DNA of 64,000 nucleotides from assembly GCA_028534125.1 (NCBI GenBank), contig CM052817.1:26724001-26788000 (forward strand), read 5' to 3'. Shown here piece after piece: positions 1-13,530 of the stretch; the first letter of the stretch is position 1; every line of letters starts with the position of its first letter. Origin of the DNA: Lama glama (Eukaryota). Below the pieces are notes generated by a model. The model was given only the letters and a program-made list of their open reading frames with translations. It was not told the DNA's origin and did not search any database. A program made the position numbers and the translations under genes.

Positions 1-1409
1 GGTCCCTTCCTGCCCCTCTAACACAGCAAACTGTAGTGTCTCATCCTTACTCGTCTCTAACCCTATGTACCCTGTGGCAGTTTTAACAGACTTTTTGTTT
101 TCAAAAGAGGAAGTTCAGAATAAATACTGAATGCAGGTGGAGAGACGATACCTATTACAAAGTCATAAATAATGTGTCAAATCCAAGCCCCGTGTCTCAC
201 TTTCACTAAAGAAAAGCCAGCTACGTTGTCATAATGTAAAAGTAGATTCCCCACCCCCTCTTTAGAATGGGCAGTCCGGTTAACAAGAGCTCAGGAAGTG
301 TGTCGTTTTGCAAAGTATTATGCAAGTTTCGCTCTTTAATAATTAAACAGTGTAATAATTTCCTCAAAATTACCACAGAAATCTCCTACCATTCTGGATT
401 TAGCGAGTACCGTGTTTACTTTCAATAACATTCCGGGGCGTATTCAAGCACGGGGGGGAAAAAGCAGTCAGAGACCTGGACCCTGATGTGGGTTCTATTA
501 ACTAGGAGCTAATCATCTTTTTGATGAGACAGTTAAATGTCAAACAATTAAACATAAAATACAGGGCAAAACGCAGCACCACATGCTGTGCAGGCACTAA
601 GAGCTACAGAGTCAGGCAGGGAACATTATCAAATTGACCAGAATCCATGGGCAAAGCTTCCTGCCAGAGATGCTGGTAGCCTGCATTCTGATTTCCATCT
701 ATTAGGTTACAAACCCTGGCAATCACAAACCCCACAACTTTAAAACATGCACTTCTCTGTATCTGTTTACTTTGTAATTAAAAAACAAGAAACAAAACGC
801 ATTTCCCTGAAGAATTTTTCTATTCCAAGAATTGAGTATTATCAATACTGGCATTAACCTTCAACATAATATATTTTATAAACATAATACCTTAATCAAC
901 CAAGAGATTGAATCTTGTCTGGGTCTTGAATAGCTGGTAAGGTACTAAATAAGTTATGTTGTCTTTAAAAGACTGTGAATATTTTTTCTTAAGACCTTTG
1001 GGTTCAGTTCCTGTTTAAGCTTATCTGTTCAACATACTTTTGCCACTTTAGAAAAGGAGCTCTTATTTTTTGAGAATATGAAAGTAAATATTCTAAAGGA
1101 AAAAAATGTCTTAAATATGGAAATAATACAAAACTATGCAAAAGAAGAATCTAGCAGATTTAAACTTTAGCTGCTGTGGATCTATAAACACTGGTTCGGT
1201 CATTAATTAGAAACATGAAGACATCTTTAAAGGATCAATGGCAAGGCTGATCAGTTTAGACAGAGGGCTAAAATTAGCAGGGAGTGTATGTTCAAGAAAA
1301 AGAACAACATAAAATAGTACTGAAGCAAGTAGTTTAGACATAATGAACCATTTTCTATGAGAAACTGGTAACTTCTCAAGACACTCAATTTTGAACTGGT
1401 TATATGAGA

Positions 1410-2220
1410 CATTCAATCATTCAACAAATGGTTACTGGTCATCGACTGTCTTTGTTCTAGACCCTGAAGATAAAGTGATGACCAAGACAGACAAGGTCCT
1501 TCCTGTTACGCTGGGGAAACAGAATCAACAAGCTTTGTTATTGTTTTGATGTTTTGGGGAGGGGGCGTGGTGAAAAATGCAATGAGGAAGAATAAAGCAG
1601 GGTTAGGAGGAAGAATAAAGCAGGGTTAGGAGGAAAAACTGGGGGCTCTTTTGGTTACAGTGGTCAGGGAAATCCTTTCTCTCTTGAGTAGAGACTGGAT
1701 GAAGGAAAGAACAAGCAGTTTGAAGACCCAGAGATAAAGCCTTCCAGACAGAAGGAAAGACAGCAGCGGGGGAGCAAGCTTGGGGTATCTGAAGACTAGC
1801 AAGAAACAGGCATTGAGGCTGAAATAGACTGAGCAGGGCAGGCGGGGGTCAGATGACGGCCTTATTGTCAAGGACTCTGGTTCTGTTGGGCTGAATGGAG
1901 GATTCTGAGCAGAGAAGTGATGAGATCTGATTTTCTTTTTCTTAAGATCACTCAGGTGTGGAAAAGAGATCACAGGCATGTAAAGGAGTAAGCAGAGAGA
2001 TGAGTTGCAGGCTGCTCCGGTCATCCGGGGATGGGATCACAGTGATTACCCTAGAGAGAGGTGGTGGGAAGAGAAGCTGACTGTGAGTTGTATGACAGAG
2101 GCAGAGGTGACACAGCTGGCTGATGGATGGCCTGTGGGATGGCAGTGTCCCAGATGACTCACATTACAGCCTGAGCAACTGGGAGAAGGGGGGTGCCATA
2201 GCACCATGTCAGCAATATGG
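1410..2220 (-). mobile_element. LINE-2 3' fragment
   Basis: Begins attcaatcattcaacaaat (reverse of the L2 3' terminus), followed by typical L2 text such as gaccaagacagacaaggtccttcc and ttctgagcagagaagtgatgagatctgattt. Confidence 0.75.
1584..1635 (+). repeat. Perfect 23-bp tandem duplication inside L2
   Basis: gaggaagaataaagcagggttag at 1584-1606 and 1607-1629, plus a partial third start (gaggaa). Confidence 0.95.
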
Positions 2221-3109
2221 CACAAAACGTTTTTTATGGCATGGCACTCAGTCAAAAGCAATAAAAGCACACATAGATAGTGTGAGTGCTGTCAACCACC
2301 AGGCAGCATATTGGGATATTATTTTTTAAAAATCTAGGTTTTAGCCAACCAACACCTTCAGTCCTTAACGTCATTGCTGAATATCCTGTGCATGAACTCT
2401 GCAACCCTCTCCATTTCAGTTTTCTCTCACACTTTTATGAATGTACACACTATGGAAAACTGACTCTAGGGCCAAGAAACAAAAAATAGACAAAACAGAG
2501 TCTCGGCAACCTCCATCATGAAAAGCAATAAACGACACATTTCAGAGACACATTGGGTACACGGGTGGGGGAGGGGGGTGCAAAAGAACCATACCCTTGG
2601 AACTGCCAAATCTGAGGGAAACAAGAGCCTGCTGGGAAAACTCTTGGGAAGCTCCCAAGGCCCCATGGAAGGTGGAGATGGAGGACCACGGTGAATGCAC
2701 GCCTCCCTCGCTCTTCAGTCTACAGATCCTTTCCCCCTGCGCCCTCTGTCTCGCCCTCATTTCCACTGGCCCTTTGAGTCTCCTGCTCATGGTCCCTTCC
2801 ATACTCTTTCCATTGGGGCTCCATGATCCTGTCCTTACTTAGCTCCCCTCATGTCTACAATCTGCTTTTGCAGATTTTCTATTATTGACGCCCCTCCTCT
2901 CTGTCCCTAACACTGACTACAGTCTAGAATACTGCATCCACTCTTCAGTTACATTGCTTGGCCCTTTCTTTCCATCCTCCCATTGAAAAACATATTCTAC
3001 CATCTATTTAGATGCCCTGTTAGCCAATAATATGAAGTATGTCAGTTAATATACTTATCACATATACGTGGTATATGTATTCTAATCTCTCTTCTAGGAA
3101 TTACAAATA

Positions 3110-3830
3110 ACCCAACAAAATGTTCAGTCTCATTGGTAAGCAAATAAATGTAAATTAAAGCAAGAAATATATAAAGAATATCACTTTTAACCAATAAAAT
3201 AAGCAAATAAAAAAAATTTTAATGGAGGTACTAGGGATTGAACCCAGGACCTCATGCTTGCTAAGCACATACTCTACCAATGAGCTAAACCCTTCCCCCC
3301 AAATTAGCAAATAGTGCTAAAACCTCACTCTTCAGAAAGCAAATATAAATTGATTAAAATCTTTCCTTAAAAAAATTTTATATATGAGAAGCTGTGAAAA
3401 TATTCATTGTCTTCACTTGGCAATTGTATCATTAAGATCTATCCTAAAGAAATAATAAAAATGAAGTTTACATACAAAGATGTTTATCTCAGAATTCTTT
3501 GTAATAAATTTAGAAACTATCCAAATGCTTTACATTAAGGTAATGGTTAAATAAATGGTGGTACATAAGCCACTAAAAATGATATTAACTGTTCAGCCAC
3601 TAAAAATTACTTTTATGAAGAACTTTAATGTCATGAGTAAAGGTTTGTGATTTGTGAGATTAAGAGAATAGTACATAAAATTGTATATACAGATGATCAA
3701 TTGATACTGTAAAAATAACTAGAAAAATAAAAAAATATTGAAGTGGTTGTCTCTGAAGAGTAAGAATATTGAATACGGGTGATTTAAGTTTTTAATTTTA
3801 TGTTCTTCTGTATTTTAACATTATATACAC
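3110..3830 (+). mobile_element. Old L1 (L1ME-like) ORF2-end/3'UTR fragment, interrupted by a SINE
   Basis: L1 phrases aaatgttcagtctcattggtaagc, tatccaaatgc and ggttaaataaatggtggtacat; highly diverged. Confidence 0.6.
3210..3300 (-). mobile_element. Camelid tRNA-derived SINE (vic-1-like)
   Basis: Reverse complement of the SINE head with Pol III A/B boxes; 13-bp TSD aaataagcaaata (3197-3209) / aaattagcaaata (3301-3313). Confidence 0.9.
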
Positions 3831-4228
3831 ACATTTATCTTTAGCATAAACTTGGTCATCAGAAAAATTAAGATGGTTTGAGATAACAATTTCCTGTTTT
3901 AGCCCCCTTCTAACCTTTTCAGCCCATTACTAAGTCCTTAATGGCAATTATTTCCCTTTCTTTTCTTACTGATTTCGCTCAGCACTAACAAGGCACAACC
4001 TCTTTGCTTCCCTCCCAGATAGCCACTTTCCCTGCTAACCAGCCTGAAAGCAGGAAGGACCAGCTCCCTGAAGTAGGGTGGGATCATATTACCCCCACAA
4101 AGGGAATCTGATGTGATCCTGATCATCCATAACATTACAAGCTTTTGATCATGAACTGCAAATCTTCGCTTAACTTCAGACTGCAGACCACTGCAAAATT
4201 GCCCTTTGTTCCTCTCACACTCAACAGA

Positions 4229-4258
4229 AACACACACACACATACACACACACACACA
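4229..4258 (+). repeat. (CA)n microsatellite, imperfect
   Basis: acacacacacacatacacacacacaca. Confidence 0.9.
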
Positions 4259-5754
4259 TGCAAAAACCCCGACTACCTTTCCACTCTCTCTATCTGAACA
4301 GATCCTTGTTTTCCTTCACAGCTCTCCTCTAGAACCATTTTCCCCAGAAAGGCTTCTCATCAAGGTATCTCCCTTTCTCCAAAGGACTTTACCGCCACAT
4401 GGCTTTGGCATTCCTGCTTTTGTATACATTTGACAACTGTGTGTTTGTCATTTGCAGACTTGCAAAATGGGCGGGAATTCCTGTTTAATCACAACACTGC
4501 ATAAACTATAATTCCACATTTGAAAATTAAAACGTGTGCACAAAGTTTTAAGATTTTCTCTTGATTTTTTGTTCATTTACATAGTTATTTACTTGCATGA
4601 CAAGCTGATAGTACCTTGTGAAATATATCATATCCAAGCCACTTGTTTTCAACCTCTCTCCCTGCCAAGGGCATACACACAGAAATTCACTCCCTTGGGT
4701 GCTCAATAACTGCTCTTGACAAGAATTCCAAACTATTGGTAAAATAATTTTGACTTTCAATATGAAGCCATAAATCATAATAAGAAAATTCAGCTTATGA
4801 AGAATCATTGTGAAACAAAGACCTCAAAGCCCAATGTCTTAAGCTGTTTGGTGAGCAACTATGGAAAAGATTAGGAAGAAGGAAAGTCGCATTAACAGAT
4901 GCTACCTCGAGCAGTAAAGATATGCATGTGTGAGCCTCTTCTGTTCTCCTACCGTATTTGTGTCAGCTTTCCAATGTGAAATCCACATGTGCCCCTGAGA
5001 CCTCGCTGCTTTGAGAAGCAGTTCATTTCTCCAGCTTTGCTTTACAGCAAAGGAAATTTAAAAAAAAAAAAAAAAGGCACTGGAGCAGCTTGTTAACACA
5101 GTATGTTTTTAGGAATGCCAATGCGGAAATGATCAGACTCAGAGTTAGTTCCAAGTGAAAGTATAAAAAGATTTATATGAAAATCACTTTGATCTGAAGT
5201 GTTAATGAAAATGATAGTCATGATTCCTTATAATTACTCAAATGGGTAATTTTTTTTAAATTGGAAAAACACATTACTGTGAAAACATACTTTCATGAAG
5301 AGGAAGTAGAAACATCCCTCAAATTTACAAGCATGTGATTAACAATAACTACTTATTAAACTTCTCCTGAGTGGTTGTCACTAATGCATTTATTGGAAGT
5401 AAACCTATGAAATAGTAATAACAATAATATTATTATTAACTGAAGAAATAGAATGCCATTAATGGTACTTAGTTCTCTTTCAGAAATGAAGAAGGAAAAA
5501 CTATGATAAAAGAAATCTCCATTTTAAACTCTTTATATGCACATACATATATGCCAGGAGACACATCAGCTAATAATTGAACTTAGATTGGAGAATTAAA
5601 TAACTAAACACTGTAGCTAAGACTGAAACCGAGAATTTATTTAAATTTCAAATCAAACTAAAAATTGGTCCCTATCATTACCTTTCTTTTCACCAAGAAT
5701 TAAGCGGAATTTTGAAATATGTATGAAAATAAAATCAAACTACAAATGGGATCA

Positions 5755-6110
5755 GCTGCTACAGATATTTTCATTATAATGAAAAGTCAATTTCCTTAAT
5801 GTGCAAAAGCTTTTACAAATCAATAAAGAAAATGTAACCTAATAAATATGAGCAAAGATAGGAAGAGGCAGTGTGCAGAAAAAGAAAATTCTAAGGCCAA
5901 TAATCATAAAAATATGTTCAACCTTATTGAAATCGAACTTTGTTCCATTAAGTACATGTAATTCTAGACAAAAAAAGTCCTATCGAATCAGCAAAAATTT
6001 TTAAATTTTATAACACCCACTGGTGGTGAAGGTTGGGGAAAACAGAGCCTTGTGTATACTCTAGTGGGAATATAAACTGGTATAAGGGCATGAGAAAGCA
6101 TTGGAAGGTG
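5755..6110 (+). mobile_element. Old L1 (L1ME-like) ORF2 3' fragment
   Basis: ttacaaatcaataaagaaa...atgagcaaagataggaagaggcag...ctagtgggaatataaactggta resembles the L1 ORF2 C-terminal region. Confidence 0.6.
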
Positions 6111-6913
6111 CCTGAGGACACAGAGTAAATTCTTTCATATCCATATTTTGTGCTTCCGAACCTACTGGCTTACTCGTACACGACAGATCCTCAGTACTAA
6201 ATCTGTTAAATAACAAAAATATATTAATTTTCTCATTTGCATAAGAGAACAATCTAGCTTCTGCTCTATCAAAATGAAGAAGAAATGTTTATATTTTCAG
6301 TAATAAGGATAATTACTAATTTGTATAGTGGTGTATAATTTACAAAATTCATTCCTGTCTGTATTTTATCTCAGATTGTGGAATAATTAAATTACTTATC
6401 AATATTTAGAAATGGACTACATGTAAGGGATGCTTTTTGCAATGTTATGCCCTGGGATGGGCTACAGATTTAAATGGAAGTTGTGAAATTTCTTCTTCGG
6501 TATAGGGTCCTTAGAGGGAATGGGGGTGAGTGTTGGGTAGAAGGGAAATGGGTTGAGAAACACTGGTTTTGGAATTTACAAATTCTGGTAGAGCCAATTC
6601 CCCATGAGACTATAATTTAACAGAGCACATATGTGCCCTGTTTAAACTGTAAAGGCACTTACACAGCATTTGTAGCTGGTCTCTGGGTAATTTATATGTC
6701 ATGATCTTGATAATCTACATATACATGTTTAATCAGTTCTTATCTGTCAGGTGATCCCTGATTGTTACCGTTTTCTATAAGTCACCCCTGGTCCATTCAC
6801 AGGGTTTCAGATTTATTTTGGATCCCAGAAGTCAATGCCAGTACTTCTTTAATTACTCACTGGAGTGGAAATGTCTTAAGATTTCAGAGCCACCAAAAAT
6901 TATTCCCTTTGTG

Positions 6914-6932
6914 CCGCCAGGAGGGAGCAACT
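6914..6932 (+). promoter_or_regulatory. Candidate CTCF site
   Basis: ccgCCAGGAGGGAGCAact compared with the consensus CCASYAGRKGGCRS; lies in unique DNA. Motif match only. Confidence 0.35.
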
Positions 6933-8916
6933 ATAGGATGGTCAAAGGTCATCTATTAGCTCTTCTACACCACAGGTTTCTTTTAGAAACTTTATTGAGA
7001 ATTGGCAGATAGAATTGAATGAGACAAAAAAAAAATATGAGTCAGAGTCTCAGGAACGGAGGCATTCCTTGTGGTTTCCATCACCTCATGATGTTAGTGA
7101 TTTTACCTCTGCATCACCGATTTCTTTCCTATCAAAAACTAGTATCTAGATACGATGTTTAATAAATATCCCCAACACACACACACACACACATCCCTTT
7201 ACAGCTGCCTCAGTGTGATGGCTTAACTTAATATCTTGGCACTCTTTGAAAGGATCATCAAAAGCACTAGTGAGCTCTTATTCAGCTGGCCTAAAAGTTT
7301 TGGAAAATAGTAAGACAGCCAATAAAATTTACCAATTGATAATATAGGGCTACAAAATGTACTTAACATAACTTTCAATAATATATTCTCAGCATAACAA
7401 TGAAAATTATATTGGATATTGTTTAAGGAGCCGAAACACGAAGAGATTCTGTGCTGATCCCATGCCACTGCAATTGTCTAATTTAGAACTCATCATTAGT
7501 CTCCCTAATGTCCCATCTTTCACATCCTTGTATAATTATTTGTGCTACACAAAGAACAAGAATGGCTTGCCCTATGTATGAAGAGATAAATGAGATTTTA
7601 ATTATTATTAATAGAATTATATCTTTGACTAATTCACACTAAATTCAGTCTTCCAAAAAGTAAATCTTTCAACTCATCCTCGGATAAAACTCATCTGCTG
7701 ATATGTATCTATATATCACATAAAGTTGATTAACAACTTATAGACTGACGAGTTCTTTTCTTCACTTTTTCCCTAAGTATCACCTAGTATTCTCTAATTT
7801 CTCTGCACCTACAAGGCCAGGGAAAAAAGAGGGAATCCACATCCTTTCTACTGCTTAGTGATGCTTTGGATAAAAAGGTTTAATGGGACAAGAAAGAGTA
7901 CTGGTTATACTTATCCTACTAACTAGAAGATCTTGGGGAAAAGGTCTTTAAAATATTTCATTTCTTCTTCCGACAGAAATGGAAATAATTATTTCCCTAT
8001 AGCACCCTCAGAGATGGCGTCAGGGGGAAAAATATACAGTATGCATGAAAATGTTCTGAGTTACCAGGAAAAGAAGCAATATATTATTATTAAAATAATG
8101 CTTGCCTATTGCTTTAATATGAAATATTAATATTTATATTCAAATGGTAAAAAATAAAGCTAATATCTAGCTATAGTTAATAAATTATTTTTATTAAAAT
8201 ATTACTTTGCTTAAAGGTTTTAGGATTATCTTAATGAATACCATCCATACATATCTAGAGGATGGTTATATTTTCATTTTAAAGGAAGCTAACTGAAAGT
8301 TTTCTGATGAGGATCAATCCCTACCTTTTTTCTTTTTGTAAAAGTAATGGCCATTCTTTGGCTAAAGGATGAGAATAACATGCTTGTACTTTTTTTTTAC
8401 TTCTGAGAAATGCCCATCAGACACATAAACAGCAGCCACGTGCCTTGAAGCTGCAGTGGGAGAACACGCTCCCCCGACGGAGCCTCAGGTTCCAGGACCT
8501 TACTGTTAGCTCCTCTGGTGAGTTCAGAGAGGACATTTCTATCCCCATTTCAAGAGGAGAAATTGAGGTATTATAAAACTTAAATTAGAATTTTTTAGTG
8601 ACACCATTTTCATAATTTATGGCACTCCCATCCTGAGCTTGTTTCAAATTTGTTTAGGAAAATAATTTCCTGCCCTTATTCTCATATCATCATTGTAATA
8701 TAGAAAAATGATCAAATAAGTAAGGTCTGCGATCTTTCAGAGAAGTTACAGCCAAGGCTGCCACACTTAGCAGCAAATGCTGGTGAGGTTCATCTTGGTA
8801 GCATGTGCGGGTGAGGTCATGGGTGGTTGGCAAAGAAGTACAAACTAATGGAAACACAACTCCAAGCTCTGTAGCTACTTTACATGTGGTTAGCTCTGCA
8901 CAGGCCCACCTGACCT

Positions 8917-8966
<50 letters not shown>

Positions 8967-8967
8967 C
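8917..8967 (+). repeat. (AAC)17 microsatellite
   Basis: Perfect aac repeat adjacent to the 3' end of a MIR. Confidence 0.95.
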
Positions 8968-8975
8968 TACATAAG

Positions 8976-9220
8976 AACAGCTAACCCTAACTGAGCATTC
9001 GCCATGTACCAATTCTAGGCTAAGACTTCACATGTCAGCTCATTTAACCCTCATAATAATACTATGATGTAGTATCTTCATGCTTATTTTACAAATGTGG
9101 AAAATGAGGCTTAGAGAACTTAAATAAGTTGCCCAAAGTCTCACAGCTATTAAGGGATAGAGACAGAGCTCACATCCAGGCAGCCAGACTCCAGGAACCA
9201 TGTTTTGACCTAGAACCATA
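8976..9220 (-). mobile_element. MIR SINE, near full length
   Basis: Reverse MIR core attttacaaatgtggaaaatgaggcttagagaacttaaataagttgcccaaagtctcacagcta. Confidence 0.85.
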
Positions 9221-9403
9221 ATGCCACATGGACTCCATCATAGTGAGAAATCAGTATTACATCAATTATTCTCTGTGTACCAGCTTCATGGATCCTGTCG
9301 CCAGAAGGTCTGAATGCACTGGCTCAGATGCAGCATTGGTCACCCACACTCACAAACTGTCTTGTGAGATAGATAATGAAGGCAACAATTAAACTGCAGT
9401 GAA

Positions 9404-12400
9404 AAAACTAACCTTCCACTTTAAAAAACTAGAAAAAGAAGATCAAACTAAATCTGAAACAACATAAGGAAGAAATGAAATTAAATAGGAATAAGGACTC
9501 GAACAGAAATAAAGGAAATGGAGAAGAGAAAAACAATAAAGAAAATCAAGGAAACTGAAAGCTGGTTCTTTGAAAAGCTCAATATTCACAAACCCTTAGC
9601 TAGAATGACCAAGAAAATAAGAGAGAAGACTCAATCTACTAAACTTGGGAATAAAAGAGGGACATCACTACTGACCTCACAGAAGTAAAAAAAGATTATA
9701 AGGGAATATTATGAACAACTATATGCTGGCAAATCTATGACCTAGATGTAACGGACAATTTCCTAGAAAGGCACAACTACTAAAACAGACTCAAGAAGAA
9801 ACAGAGAATCTGAATAGACTTGTAATAAGTGAAGAGTTTAAGTTAGTAATAATTATTTTTTCCACAAAGAGAAGTCCAGGAGCAGATAGCTCCCCTAGTG
9901 AATTCTACCAAATGTGTAAAGTATGATTATCACCAATACTTCACAAGCTCTTCCAAAAAACAGAAGAGGATGGAACATTTCTCAGTTTAATGAGGCCAAT
10001 GTTACCTTGCTACAAAAATCCAGACAAAGGCATTACAAGAAAACTACAAATCAATATCTCTTATGAATATAGATGCAAAAATCCTCAGCAAAATACTAGC
10101 AAATTGAATAAAACAACATAGAAAGGATTACACAACATGACCAAGTGTGATTTATCCCAGGAATGCAAGGTTTTAATATAGGAAAATCAATCAATGCAAT
10201 ACACTATACTTTATTAATAAAGAACCAAAACCATACATATTATTTCAATAGACCCCCCCAAAAAACTTCTGACACAATGCAACAACCTTTTATGATTAAA
10301 ACACTCAACAAATTAGGAACCAAGGGAACTTCTTCAACCTGATAAAAAGCATCTATGAAAGCCCACAACTAACATCAAACTTCATGGTAAAAGATTGAAT
10401 GCTTTTCCCCTCAGGTCTATAAACAAGACAAGGGTGCTCACTTTTTGCCATATCTACTCAACATTATACTGGAGATTTTAGCCAGGGCAATTAGACAAGA
10501 AAAAGAAATAATAATAATAATAAGGGCATCTTTATTGGAAAGGAAGAAATAAAACTACATATATTCACAGGTGACATGATTTTATAAGTAGAAAATCCTA
10601 AAGAATTCACTAAAACACTTAGAATTACTAAACAAGTTTAACAAGGTTGCAGGATACAAGACCAACACACAAACATCAATTGTATTTCTATGCATCATCA
10701 ATGAACAATTCAAAAAATGAAATTAACAAAATAACTTCATTTAAAATAGCATCAAAAATAACGAAATAATATGAAAACTTCAAAATGTTGTAATAGATGA
10801 AAGAAGATCTAAATCAACAGAAAAACATCTCATATTTATGGATCAAAGATACAATATTGTTAAGATGGCAGTACTCCTCAAACTGATGTGTGTATTCAAC
10901 ACAATCCTCATCAATATCCCAGCTAGCTTCTTTGAAGAAATGGTAAGCTGATCAAATTCATAAAAAAATCAAAGAGGCCCATAACAACCAAAACAGTCCT
11001 GAAAAAGAAGAGCAAAGTTGGAAGACTCACATTTCCCAGTTTCAAAACTTACTATAAAGCTGTGGTAATTAAGACAGTATAGTGCTAGCATAAGAAGAGA
11101 CATACTGACCAATGGAATAGAACTGAGAGCCCAGAAACAAACAAACAAAACAACATGCATCTATAGTCAATTGATTTTTGACAAAGGTGTTAAGTCCACT
11201 CAATGCAAAAAGAATAGTCTTTTTAAAAAATGATACAAGGACAACTATCCAAATACAAGAGAATGAAGCTGGACCCATAACTCATATCATAAATAAAAAT
11301 TTAAAAATAATGTATCAATCACCCAAATCTAAGAGCTAAAACTGTAAAACTCTTAGAAGAAAAGATAGGTGTAAACCTTCATGACCTTGGACCAGGCAAT
11401 GCCATTTTAGATATGACATCAAAAGCATAAGCAACAAAAAAAAAAAATCATTAAATAGGACTTAGCTAAAATGAAATGTTTTTGTGCCTTGGATGACATC
11501 ATTAAGAAAGTGACAGGATAACCCACAAAGTAAGAGAAAATATTTGCAAATTATATATTTAATAAGGGGCTTGTGTAAAAGTATATAGAGAACTCCGACA
11601 ACTCAATAATAAAAAGAAAAGTAACTCAACTGAAAAGCAGGCAAAAATCTGAATAGACTTTCTTCAAGGAAGATAAACAAAGAACCAAAAAGCACTTGGA
11701 AAATGCTCAACATAATTAGCCACCAAGGAAATGCAAATGAAAACTGCAATGAGATACCACTTCACACCCACTAGGATGACTATAACCAAAAAGGCTGATC
11801 ATAACAAGTTTTGGAAAATGTACAGACACTCGAACCCTCATACACTGCTAATGGGAATGTAAAATGGTGCGGCCACTTTGAAAAATCGTCTGGCAGTTCC
11901 TCAAAGGGTGGAACACAGAGTCACCATATGACCTAGCAACTCCACTCCTAAGTATATATCCTAGAGGAATGAATACTTGAGACCACACAAAAATTTGTAC
12001 ACAAATTGATCATAGCAGCATTGTAATAGCCCAAAACTCGAGCCAACCCAAATGTCTATCAACTGATGAATAAAAATAAATAAAATGTGGTATATTCAAT
12101 GGAAAACTATTCAGCAATAAAAAGGAATGAAGTACTGAAACATAGCACAAGGACAAACCTTGAAAACATTAACCTTAGTGAAAGAAGCCAGTTACAAAAG
12201 ACCACATATACTGATTCCATTTATATGAAATGTTCAGAACAGGCAAATCTATAAAGACTGAAAGTAGATTAGTGGTTGTATACGGCTGGACTGCAGGGGT
12301 GGGAAGAAAAGGGAAGTGTCTGTTAATGGGTACAGGGGATTTTTTACAGAGGTAATGAAAATGTTCTAAAATTGATTGTAATGATGGTTGTACAACTTTA

Positions 12401-12507
12401 GTATATTAGTATAAATATACTAAACCCCATTAAATTGTACGCTTTAAATTGTGTGGAATGTGAATTATATCCCAAATAAAGCTGTTATTAAAAAAAGTAA
12501 AAATAAA
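9404..12507 (+). mobile_element. 5'-truncated L1 (L1MB-like) with decayed ORF2 (RT and C-terminal part) and 3'UTR
   Basis: Continuous ORF2 homology with stops and frameshifts: acaagacaagggtgc (TRQGC) near 10423 and ttcacaggtgacatgatt (FTGDMI, decayed FADD motif) at 10564. The 3' end gaattatatcccaaataaagctgtt is followed by an A-rich tail. Confidence 0.92.
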
Positions 12508-13119
12508 GCCAAGCATGTGAGTGAGAATGGAAGAATGGCAGATGCTGACACTCTCCACCCTGACTTCAGGAGCATCTGTTTCAAAGGCTTTCCCTAAATC
12601 TCTCCTGTCCTAACCATCATGCCCCAGAAATGAAATTCATGCATTCAGCTGTGGGAACTGTGATGTGTCTGTTACATGTTCTCTGCTAACTTCATTTCAG
12701 ACTAGAACCTTATAGGTAAAACATCACTACCCAGAATAATATTACAGAGAAGGTTCTGTTATGAAAATGATATATTTATATCCTGGTGGATGACTTGGTG
12801 CTCCAGCTCTTTGTTATCCTCACAGTGAACAGCTTTCCAAGAAAATGATTTCTCTGATCCCTGCTCATGCAGTACTCTGTCTGTAACAAAGTCACAGATA
12901 ATGCCTGTGCGTGCGTGAATGCGTGCGTGTGTGCTGGGGAAGGGAGTGTGTGGTTTGCTGGGGAAGGGAGTCTGGGGGGTCAGAGCACTGCTAAACTGAG
13001 CAATGTATAATTAACCTCCCTTCCTAGCCCCAGCAAGCAATGACTCTCTTCATCTTCCCCTTATATTTCCCCTCCTCAATCATCTTCATCAGTCCAGCCA
13101 ACCTTCCTTTCTAACAACA

Positions 13120-13530
13120 GAGTGGTTTAGCAGAAAGAAATCAAGGCTTAGAGTCTGGCAGACATGAGCTCAAAATCTAACCTTATTGCTTTCCACTTAG
13201 CAACCTTGGGCAAGCCTCAGGTGTCAAATTTGTAAAGATCATACAATACCCAAATTGCTAAGTTCTCACTACAGAGCTGGGTCCTGAGAATGCACACCTG
13301 AATAAGATACAGACTCTGCAGTTGAAAAACTCATCATCTAGTAGGAAACAGAAATACAAACAAATAATGATCACAACACAGTGTGACACAAGCCGTGATA
13401 GAAGGTGCCGTGAAGGTGGGAATGACTAATTCTCCTAAAAGCTGAGAAAGAGGAATAAGTCTTTATGGTGTGACTGTGAGATTTCAATAAGACAATGTGT
13501 TCACAGAGCACTTGGCAAATAGCAAGTGCT
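13120..13530 (+). mobile_element. MIR split by an L2-like fragment
   Basis: MIR head agtggtttagcagaaag...ccacttagcaaccttgggcaag and MIR tail agagcacttggcaaatagcaagtgctca, with an L2-like insert at about 13270-13450. Confidence 0.55.

Noticed and set aside
9404..12507. Reverse-transcriptase-like coding remnant as a functional or domesticated gene
   Set aside because: Many stops and frameshifts, and the catalytic FADD motif has decayed to FTGD; an ordinary dead L1.
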